Source: Basidiobolus meristosporus CBS 931.73
Taxonomy: Eukaryota > Fungi > Basidiobolomycota
Reading direction: 5' to 3'
Length of the DNA stretch: 64,000 bases
NCBI GenBank assembly: GCA_002104905.1
Contig: MCFE01000004.1
Location: forward strand, 186,001 to 250,000
Part shown: piece after piece, positions 50,782 through 60,768 of the stretch
Layout of the letters: the number at the start of each line of letters is the position of its first letter
Numbering within the stretch: the first letter of the stretch is position 1
Position numbers and translations under genes: made by a program
The notes under the pieces: model-generated
What the model was told of the DNA's origin: nothing
What the model saw: the letters and a program-made list of their open reading frames with translations, nothing else
The model's database searches: none

Positions 50782-52356
50782 ATGGCGCCTGTTGAACTAA
50801 ACACCATTCAGCAACATAAAGATGACCTGGAGGAGCTGGGCGAGGATATTCTCCGAGCCAATCGTAAAGAGATTATGAACAGAACGCGGTTGCTTGAAAA
50901 CGACATCAAGGTAAGCCTTAGTGGTTTGTCGCTTCTTTGTATAGTAAATAAATGTTGTTCCAGGTCATGAAGAACGAGCATATGCGCCTACAACACGAAC
51001 AGACCTCCACCATGGAGCGCATCAAGGAAAACAAAGAGAAGATAAAGATGAACCTACAGCTACCATACCTCGTGGGAAACGTGGTCGAGGTAACTTGCAG
51101 CACTTCCTTCCTTCCCTTATCCATGAACACATTTTCACACAAGAGTGCAGATTATGGATATGATTCCAGATGACGACTCCGAGGAGGGTCAGAACGTTGA
51201 CTTGGATTCTCAGCGTAAAGGGAAATGCGCCGTGGTTAAAACGTCTACCAGACAAACCATTTTTCTACCACTAATTGGCCTGGTAGATAGCGATAAGCTA
51301 AAGCCTGGTGATCTGATTGGAATGAACAAGGATAGCTACTTAGTATTGGATACACTTCCAGCAGAGTATGTTTGTTTGCGCTGTCTTGGTTACCCATGAT
51401 GCATGTATTGATACAAGCCTAGGTATGACTCTCGAGTCAAAGCTATGGAGGTTGATGAGAAGCCTACAGAGGATTATACTGATATCGGTGGCTTGGATAA
51501 GCAGATCGAAGAGTTGGTCGAAGCAATTGTACTACCGATGACTCATGCAGAACGATTCAAGAATCTTGGAATTAAGCCACCGAAAGGTACATCCGCACTT
51601 TGTATAATCACTGGCCGAATTTTGCTTAACTCGTAGTTGCCATAGGTGTACTCATGTATGGACCACCAGGCACCGGGAAAACTCTACTGGCTAGAGCATG
51701 TGCCGCGCAGACCAACTCAACTTATCTAAAGCTTGCGGGTCCTCAGCTAGTCCAGGTAAGCGTGGTCATTGGGAGTGTTTCCGAGTAGCCAAGACTCAAA
51801 GTATGTTTAGATGTTCATCGGAGATGGTGCCAAGCTAGTTCGCGACGCATTTGACTTGGCCAAAGAGAAAGCGCCGACGATTATTTTCATCGATGAGCTG
51901 GACGCTATTGGTACCAAGCGTTTTGACAGCGAAAAAAGCGGCGACCGCGAGGTGCAAAGAACCATGCTGGAGTTGCTCAACCAATTGGATGGGTTCAGTA
52001 GCGACGAGAGAATCAAAGTGATCGCCGCCACAAACCGTATCGATATTCTTGATCCCGCCCTGCTACGTTCGGGCCGTCTTGATCGTAAAATTGAGTTTCC
52101 ACTTCCCACTGAAGAGGCCCGGGCTCGGATCTTACAAATCCATTCACGCAAGATGACCGTCTCCCCCGACATCAATTTTGAAGAGCTTGCGAGGTGTTGT
52201 GACGAATTCAACGGAGCCCAATGCAAGGCGGTTTGTGTGGAAGCTGGTATGCTCGCGCTTCGTAGAAGTGCCTCTGCACTCAGTCATGAGGACTTTATGG
52301 ACGGAATTCAAGAAGTCATCGCAAAGAAGAAGACTTCCCTAAAATACTTCGCCTAA
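50782..52356 (+). CDS. RPT5: 26S proteasome regulatory ATPase Rpt5 (PSMC3), multi-exon
   Basis: [86 protein letters not shown]. Confidence 0.97.
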
Positions 52357-52639
52357 TATCTGATGATCTTTCTACTCTTCCCCCACACCACCCCAAGCTC
52401 ATTGCATACCCCTCCATCCATTCTGTTAAATATACGCTTTCACCACCGTTGATCGCTTGACATCATGCATAAATTGAACTTTCGTTTTGAGCTATGGCCA
52501 GTGTCTCTTGATATTCGTGTGGTGCAGTGGTATCATATAGGAGTGAGTTGATGAACCGTGTGTAGCGTTCTATTATAAATAAATAGGGGGTCTAGTTTAT
52601 TTGTAATAAATAAAGATTATTAGGAATGCGTCGCTGTAT

Positions 52640-52921
52640 CTAACAAATAACACAACCGTAGTATCTAACACCACGTTTGCTCTTGCTGTGGTTGACCTTG
52701 AGCGGCTCCTCAGCGATCTTGTGCTCGTCTGTGTTCCATGAATCACGCACCTCCTTGCTGCTATCAAGAACCGTTGATACTGTCAACTTCTGAGAATCAT
52801 GCACCTCCTTGTTGTTATCAAATACTGTCAACTTCTGAGAATCAATGGGGTGTGAGGTTGTGGCAGATATAAGAACAGAGGCGATGCTCAGACATGCCAT
52901 TGCTTCGTTTCTAACTTTCAT
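52640..52921 (-). CDS. 93-aa putative secreted prepropeptide ending KR-GVRYYGCVIC
   Basis: ATG52921; signal-like MKVRNEAMACLSIASVLISATTS|HPI; codon-phased internal duplication; dibasic site; TATA-like CATAAAAG about 50 nt upstream; AT-rich 3' region with AATAAA on the minus strand. Confidence 0.6.
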   Translation of the reverse strand: MKVRNEAMACLSIASVLISATTSHPIDSQKLTVFDNNKEVHDSQKLTVSTVLDSSKEVRDSWNTDEHKIAEEPLKVNHSKSKRGVRYYGCVIC

Positions 52922-53101
52922 GATCAAGGGGGTGTGAATAAGTTTCAGTCGTGTGCCATGGGGCCATCTGGCTCTTTTATGTTTACCACTGTCAGATCAT
53001 TGACCTGCTTGTCGTCCCCAATCGAACCGAATTTGATTGTTCGCTCCCTTCCAGATAGCGGACAATGCACATCCCATATCGGGTTGATGTCTAGTTATAT
53101 C

Positions 53102-53206
53102 TCTAAGAGGGTGTTAAGGCCTTGTGCCACTTACATGGCATCTAAGAGAATATTATGGCTTTGTGCCTCTTGCAGGATATCTAAGAGCATATTACAGCCT
53201 TGCAGG
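53102..53206. repeat. 39-bp imperfect tandem repeat, about 2.7 copies, each starting TCTAAGAG
   Basis: Copies start at 53102, 53141 and 53180: tctaagagggtgttaaggccttgtgccac / tctaagagaatattatggctttgtgcctc / tctaagagcatattacagccttgcagg. Confidence 0.85.
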
Positions 53207-53259
53207 CGAACAATCCCCTTTCAAACACATGAGATGGTATGACTTTATGGATCTATAAA

Positions 53260-54799
53260 CTAGGCGTCTATGCTTGCAGGTTTCCTATTGGCAGTTAGCA
53301 TGTGCAGCAATACTCCTGTGGCCACACTCACATTCAACGAGTCTAGGAATGGGGCAATGGTAGGATTGGTGGAAGGGATGGAGACATGGATTTGGCAATT
53401 TTCACTAACAAGTTTACGAAGACCAAACCCTTCATTTCCCATCACCAGGATTCTGGGCCTGTCAATCATAGACATGGCAACCGGGTCTATAGACCGCTGG
53501 CCATCCGAGGTTCTCTCCGCAGACGCGCCGATGACCGTCCAACCGTTTTCTTGGGATTCCTTGAAGCAAGTGGGTCAATTCGGAGAATCGTCGGGGAAAT
53601 GGCAAGTAGCACCTACCCGCAGGAATTTCATCATGTTTTTCACACTGTACACATCCATAACCTCCAATGCGCCGGAACTTGCCTTGGACACGACCGGAGT
53701 CAACGGAGCACTTCGGGTGTTAGCAAAACATCAGAAAACAGCTCTTTATCACGAACACACGGAAAGTTCCCTACCTGTTCCTTGCGCAGAAAACAACGCC
53801 ATCAATGCCGAAGTAATAGGCGGACCTTAGGGGAAGATTAGCAAAGTAGCGGGCGCTCACAGTCGTACTCCACCCACCTCAGAATTGCTCCCAGATTTTG
53901 AGGATCGACCACCTGATCCAAAGCAAGCCAAATTGGTGATTGCTTACTCTCAAAAAGATATTCCCCGGAGCCAGATACGGCATGGTATCTAAGTGCATTC
54001 GGGGTTAAGCCCAGCCACGGCCACTTTTAATAAAGCAACTTACGATTTACCCTCCACTGCACTCAACCGGTTGATCGTATGAGGCTCCAAACGATCGGTC
54101 TTCAGCACCACTCCCTGGTAAAGGTGACTGTATGAATACAAAATACTGGGTTCAGCAGAGAGTTGGTAATTACCTGATGCGGTCTGTTTCCAGTATAGTC
54201 GTTTAGCTCTTTCCTGTCCATTTTCTGGATGGGCAGCTGTAGTTCCTCGGCTAATCCCAAAATCTTGTCGAGCTTATCACTGGGGGCACGACTCTTAGTA
54301 TGTAGTGTTTCCTCTAGATAGTATTGAATACTTACCTGTCTTCCTTTTTGGTGGTCTCGCTTTCACCCCTATAGAACAACCGATATGGAACCCGACGTTT
54401 GCTTTCGAGAGCAGGCAGTACCACCGAATAGCCGTACAACAAATCGCAATTCTTGTTGCTCGGTTCTCCCTGTCTTATACATTCACCCTGAAATTAACAA
54501 CCAAACTTGGAACCCCTCCGAGGAAACAAGTTCCGTACTTACTTCAAGCGCTTCATAAGTCTCGGCTCCTCCATCGCATCCCACACTCTGATATTCTTGG
54601 ACTTGTCGAATATGTCTTGAAGGTCAAACTCGGCGTCTTTAGTCGTCGTCGTCGTCGTCGCCGCATCTGCCCGAGCGGGCGATTTTTTCTTTGGATATTG
54701 GTTGACCCACTTTCCCTTCGAGGAGAATAGTCTGCAGAGCACACCACTGTTCCCCGTCCAAACTGGAGAGATAGCACGGCCGGGAATTCTTAGAAACAT
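53260..54799 (-). CDS. MRM1: Mitochondrial rRNA 2'-O-methyltransferase (SpoU/TrmH family), multi-exon
   Basis: Presequence MFLRIPGRA...RLFSS; LLYGYSVVLPALESKRR; ILVMGNEGFGLRK...DSLNVSVATGVLLH SPOUT motifs. Confidence 0.9.
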
Positions 54800-55242
54800 G
54801 AGCCAAGTTGATTCCCACCTCTTCCCGAAGTACCAACTGGAAAAAATTTCGTGATTCGATTCGATTTCGACGATTAGGATGTTTGCAGTAGTGTGGATGC
54901 TTTGTGCTGAATAATTATTGTGACAGCTAATCTCATTGAGCGAAAGTCCGCCAGGATCCAAGTGCTTAAACTTAAGTGAGGTTTCGCATGAATAAACAAG
55001 AAACCGAAAGGTTGATCAAGAGAAGTGCATCCAACACACTCACTCAATCGAAAAAAAATTCCATCAATCAGAGCCAGCCAAGCCATTAGGTACCAGACTA
55101 CGTCAACTAATGGAGTTCTTTGTGGGTGAAAATCCTAGGGAATCTTGACCCTTGTCACATTGATTTTTAACCAAACAACCTTGGTTTACTGGAGTTGTCC
55201 ACCACCACACAAGTCTTTCGCACTCTGGGAGTTCTACACCTC

Positions 55243-56079
55243 ATGTTGCTACGTGTTTTCACCACTTTTGCCTTACTGTGCGGGATTGCAACCGCCCTGA
55301 AATTCGACCTTCAGGCATACCCCCAAAGTTACAACGTCAAGAAGTGCATCTCTCAATGGGTCCCTAGAGACACCCTCGTTATGGTCACCATGAAGGTTGG
55401 CCAAGGTTACAACCAGCGTGTGGATGTAGAGGTAGAGTCCTCGTATCAAGTACGGCCCCGATTCGTTGACATCTAAACCCCCTTGCTTTGATGTAGATTT
55501 CTGATGATAGTCCCGCCAGCAATGTGTATCTTAACAAAAAAGACATCACCGAAAGGAAAGTCGCACTCACCACTCAGGCCCACGCTGATGTTAAAGTCTG
55601 CTTTACCAACACCCTGTCCGAAGGTCAACCTTCTAGATAAACCTCGTTTACTGCCTCGCCGATGCTCATCCTTTTTCCTTAACCTATCAGGCTTCCAACC
55701 CGACTCCCAGTACAAGCGTACTGTTGAATTCCACTTCGATGTTGGAGCTGAAGCTATCGATTATTCTGCCGTAGCCAAGGCCGAAAAACTGAAGCCCATG
55801 GAGGTTGAATTGTACAAGTTGGAGAAACTTCTTGACGAGGTGGTTGACGAGATGGACTACCTCCGTCACCGTGAAGCCCGCAGACGTGATACCAACGGTG
55901 AGTTGCCCCTTCAGCCCCTTGACAGACCGGAAAACACTCAATGAACTCCTTTCTATCTAGAATCCACCAACGAGCGTGTGAAATGGTTCTCCATTTTCTC
56001 CATGGTCATCTTGGTCAGTCTTGGTATCTGGCAAATCTTCTACCTCAAGAGATTCTTCCAAACCAAGAAGCTCATCTAA
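55243..56079 (+). CDS. ERV25: p24 family cargo receptor (Erv25/TMED10), 4 exons
   Basis: Signal peptide, LKFDL...[15 protein letters not shown]...[20 protein letters not shown]...[16 protein letters not shown] dilysine tail. Confidence 0.95.
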
Positions 56080-56512
56080 GTGTAAATGTGGTGCTCTATT
56101 CTATCGGTCTACAATTGTATAGAGCTTCTTTTCGCGAGCTTTTAAGCTGCCATCCTTTCTACTGAGCCTTTCACCTCTTCGCAACTTTTTTCAGCTTCGT
56201 TTGTTACTTAGAACATCCATGTATTGGGACCTACTGAAGCCGCGTTCACCTCAAATAATAAAATGATATCCCATCTTATGTTTCAAGATCCTTTTTGTTT
56301 ATTTGGATACCTGGCCACAGATGTGGAAAGCAATCCACACTAGTGAAATGAACATCTACCTCAAACACTGGAGCAGAAAGAGAACAGGGATGGAAGCAGA
56401 GAATGAGAAGGGGACAAATAGAGAACTATGAATGCGTGAGATGGGTGCTTTAATGTAGCATGATCTAAAGAATGAAGCAGAAACGTAGAGGGATCATTGG
56501 GCTGCAAGGGAA

Positions 56513-57163
56513 TTATTTCTTGGAAGGTCTGGCTGCCTTCTTAGGCTGTTCCTTCATCATGCCAGCCACCAATTTCTCGGCCAAAAGCTTCACTCTCTCA
56601 CCGTCGGGAAGATCGCTATCACGGATGTTCACCTTGAGCTTCTGTCCGTGGCCGACTTCGTGGAAGTCCCATACGGAAGCCTTCATACCGATACCGGCTG
56701 GGGCATTCTCTTGAAGGTAAGAGAGCCACTTACGGACGACCTGAGGATGGCTATCCTTGATTTGAATCAACCGCTTGTGTGTCTTACGCTCAAACACCTC
56801 TTGTCTTTTCTTATGAATGAAAGGAGACTTGGGAACACACCAGCGCTCGGTACGGGTAGGCAAATAGACAGGCCCGGAGCAAGGCATGTTTAAAGCAGCG
56901 GCAGCTCTACGGGCAAAGTCGACATAGAAGTCCATGATGGAGGGTTCAAAGGTACGGAATTGTAAGTTGCATACAACAACACCGTGGGTGGGGGAGATCT
57001 TCAGAGGCTCGTAGTAAATATCGTCCACTTCAATAGGGGCCTCTGCTACCTCAGAGGTGGCATTGACTGGGGTGGAGTAATTACGAAGGTAGGTGGTCAT
57101 TCTTGGGCTGGCCAAAAGAACGCTCTTCTGGCGAAAACCCTGTGCGCAAAGTGAGCGTAACAT
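56513..57163 (-). CDS. RSM10: Mitochondrial ribosomal protein uS10m
   Basis: Presequence; [41 protein letters not shown]...[16 protein letters not shown]. Confidence 0.93.
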   Translation of the reverse strand: MLRSLCAQGFRQKSVLLASPRMTTYLRNYSTPVNATSEVAEAPIEVDDIYYEPLKISPTHGVVVCNLQFRTFEPSIMDFYVDFARRAAAALNMPCSGPVYLPTRTERWCVPKSPFIHKKRQEVFERKTHKRLIQIKDSHPQVVRKWLSYLQENAPAGIGMKASVWDFHEVGHGQKLKVNIRDSDLPDGERVKLLAEKLVAGMMKEQPKKAARPSKK

Positions 57164-57587
57164 GATACAGATGCTGAATGGATAGGTCTACTAAATTGAA
57201 TATCTTCTTAGAAAACACCAAACAAATTGGTCGCTTGCGTATAACAACCTACCGAGCGTTTTGTTACCCTTCACGAGTGCTTGTCGACCAACTGGTTAAA
57301 AGCTTTCTTGGATGAAAATTCGAAATTTTTTCATCGCATTGACCCAAGTCTTACCCCGCCAAATACCAAACAGATTAATCCTCCTATTCATCGAGTTCCC
57401 CCACTGATCCTCATGGATGTTTGGCGATTCCCCCCAATTTCCAAAGGATTGCCGATATTTACTGATTCGGTTCAACAAGAACTTGGATGCAACAGGTAAT
57501 CGTTTCGTTCAAAGTGGATTTATTGGTGTTTTGACTGTCATGATTAAGCTAGCACTGGTTGAACACTAGGAAGCATACTGTACTTTC

Positions 57588-60079
57588 TCAAGGTCGATTA
57601 TTCAGGGTTCTTTCTAAAACCTTCACAAACTCAGTTAAAGACGCGGTAAAGCCGGCTATCTTCTCCAGGTCAGCCAGTTCTTCAGGTCTCCACTGAGTGG
57701 TTTCCCCTGGCTGTAAAAAGCGGTTGTCAATGAATTTATCGCACCACGGCTCAAATTTCAGCTAGCTAATAGTTAGTTTATGGTTGATTACGCCCAGGGA
57801 TGTTCTGGTAAGGACCAACCTTCACTCCGAAACAGGTTCTATTGGGGTTGGGCGGTAGAACAACTTCGAGATCGGGTGCATCTGCACCATCATACGTCCA
57901 GAGCTCTTCTCTCCAAACCACTACGATGAAGTCGTGCCAACTATAAATCCACTCGGTATTTCGGGACATGGTGAGCAACTGGATGGCAGTTGTGTTGGTG
58001 AAGATAAACTGGTCTTGCTCGCTACAAATGCAGACGATTGTTTAGTTGGTTAGTCGCTGGAAGGTAGCCGGAAACAGGACCACCTTAGGCGAATTCGATT
58101 GACAAATTCCCCCCAGGGACCATCATTCTGCGGTAACAGACACTTCTTCGTGGAAAGATTCAATTGCCAGCTATAGTCACTAAACGCCACACAGTCCAGT
58201 TAATTTCCATGGATTCGAGGCGCTTTCAGAATTTAGGTGCTTACTTCTCGGGAAAAATCCAGTTCACGGTCAGGACATTCTTCGCGTCCGCATCGATATC
58301 CCAGGAACCAACGCTCTTGACCGAGTTGAAGTTAAGCGAAATGATGAAGTCTTGAGGATTATCGCAGTCAGCGTTTCTTGCGCGAATCTGGTATACTGTT
58401 TTTGGCGACGCGGTGAACTCCAGGCCTTCCCTGGACAGAAATTCCAGTAGCGGGATCACATCCTTTTTACTGTAGAATAAACTGATGGTGTCGTGAGCAG
58501 CTGAAGAGTTAGCATTCCCGGGAACGTGCAGGGCTTACTCTGGAGCAAATAACGACGACAGTCTGTCGCTGGGCAATACAGAATTGTAAAGCTTGATCAC
58601 TTTCCACTTCTCCTTGTTCGGATAGGAGTCAAGGCATACTTGGCCAATTCTTGTGAAGTCCATGGTTATTGAGGCAGTGGTTCCGGCGCAAGGTGGGGGT
58701 TCTTACCGAATAGCCATGCTGATTTCACCTTTGAAGACACAAAGCTGCGTCAGGACTTGAGAGAGGGCATCCTGGAATGTCTCGAGATTGCGGGCGGCAA
58801 TGCTGGGGAGGAAATTAGAGGTTGCTCATTGCAATCAGGTCAAGGCTAGACGTACTCCTGGTAATCTTCTTCCTCAGAGTCTTCTTTGTTGCCGGGCATG
58901 ATGTGGTGCGTTACTGCTCGTAGCACTTTGACCTCCATGTTTGAGCTCCACTGGATTGGCCGAATGATTGTGGGATCCTCGAGCTTGATTCGGATCAAAC
59001 TACGGGGCGCTTGGAGCAAATGGATTGTTCGCGGGACGATCGTTTGCGTCTAATCGCTCGCTTAGAGTCAACCAGGTGATCGTAAGTGAGGGCTACAGCA
59101 ATTCTACCTTTTGGAGGAACAGATTCCTAATTCTCGAGGTGGCCAAGTCCACACTCCCTTCACTATCCCCTGCAATGCGTAATATCTACAGATGACGAAC
59201 GGTTTGTTTACAACGCAATAGGTGTGATACTGTTCAATGACGACCTTACGCTGTCATCAAACTCGAACCATATGTGGCAGTTGGTGTCTTGTCGAATTTT
59301 TTTGAGATACTGCTCGCCTTTTCCAAAGATCTTCTGCACATTGATGGGCTCTACGGGTAGAACAAACAAACCGTTGTATTGCTTGTTCACCACCGGGATC
59401 TTGCTCAGATAGCTTTCTCTATCTCTTCGTTCCTTCTTGCGATGTTGTTTTTTCTCCTGGCTTGAGCTGAGGGGCTTATCAGGTTTATTCCAGATACTCT
59501 TTTTATTCTTTTTCTTTTGTTGGCGCATATTGTCTCGTAGCTGTGTTCATGAAAAATTGAGTAGTTTGGTCGAGGACTACGGGAAACCCCGAAACATTAC
59601 CGCAAGTATGTGCTCGCCGTGGCTATTCCAAGCCCTCTTGGCTTCAATGATACTCGAGGGGGTGCCCCACATCTCAATTTGCTAGTGTAATCCTCGTTTA
59701 GCCCTATTGTTGTTGGGAAAGCAAACTATCCTGGCAGCTGACCTTGAAATCATCGTTGTAAAGCATGTAAGCTCCAGTAGCACTTCTAATTTTGTTTATG
59801 ATAAACTTTTTCTCCCCCAAGAATTCCTGAGGCGACACGTCTACGGGAATCTGCGCTCCACCAAATAAAGTTTGTATGAGTATCTCTTGGTTTAAGAAGC
59901 GTTGTCTGGGCAAATACCAGCCATATGCCATCTGGCTCATTTCTCTGTTTGGTCTTATTTTCTAATTCTTGCTCCCAGAAGGGAGTCTCGGCAGGTTTGG
60001 AAGAGCCAGAAGGAGCGAATAGTTCGCTTCTCCAATCTTCTTCCATCCCATTCTCAAAAAGATCCACCTCCATGTCCAT
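57588..60079 (-). CDS. Uncharacterised protein with two KH-like domains and a conserved-looking C-terminal region, multi-exon; start at 59940 or 60079
   Basis: KH1 FLGEKKFIINKIRSATGAYMLYNDDFK|QIEMWGTPSSIIEAKRAWN; KH2 IFGKGEQYLKKIRQDTNCHIWFEFDDS|ILRIAGDSEGSVDLATSRIRNLF; last exon LKFEPWCDKFIDNRFLQPGETTQWRPEEL...NRP-stop at 57588. Confidence 0.65.
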
Positions 60080-60768
60080 ATGAATATAGCTATACCACGA
60101 TAATACACCGCATATACTTTTAGCAGGATGTGGAGGTTCTCAGACCAGCAATATATAGAATAAAAACGTGTATAGCCTTTAGGCAGATATCCCTAGTTTC
60201 ATCCCATCAATTACATCATTCATGGGCAAAATGGATTACGGTGAATGACATGCGAATCCAATGAGATTAGTGGAGCTTATTGATCAAAGCCAAGTGGAAT
60301 AGACTATGACTGCTTTCACAGACTGTGTTTGGTAGAGCTTCATCTTTAGCTCTCAGCTGTCTCTGTCATTCGCAACAAAGTTTAATCTTATTTAAATAGA
60401 ACCCCCACCCTCAACCTCACTGATTTTGGATCGAAGTCGGCGGCATATTTCCAATGGACGAAACCTCTGCTGATTGCCTCGGATTCTGACGGTAGGAGCT
60501 CGACCAGGGAAGTGCTACGGCACATTATTCATCATTTCCTGACTTCGCACCTTTTCGTGGAAATGATGGTTGACCAAAAAATGTTGCTGAATTTATTACT
60601 GTCAAGTCCTTGGCCATTTCTGCCCAGTAGCCGCAGATGGCGTTGTGATGGGCTGAAAGGAGGCTTAAAGGCAGTACTACCACTGCATATTAGAATTTCA
60701 AAGCAATGCAGTCGATGGGAGTAAGCGGGCCATTGTGGGAACGATGTATAGTTAAATGATTATTGACA

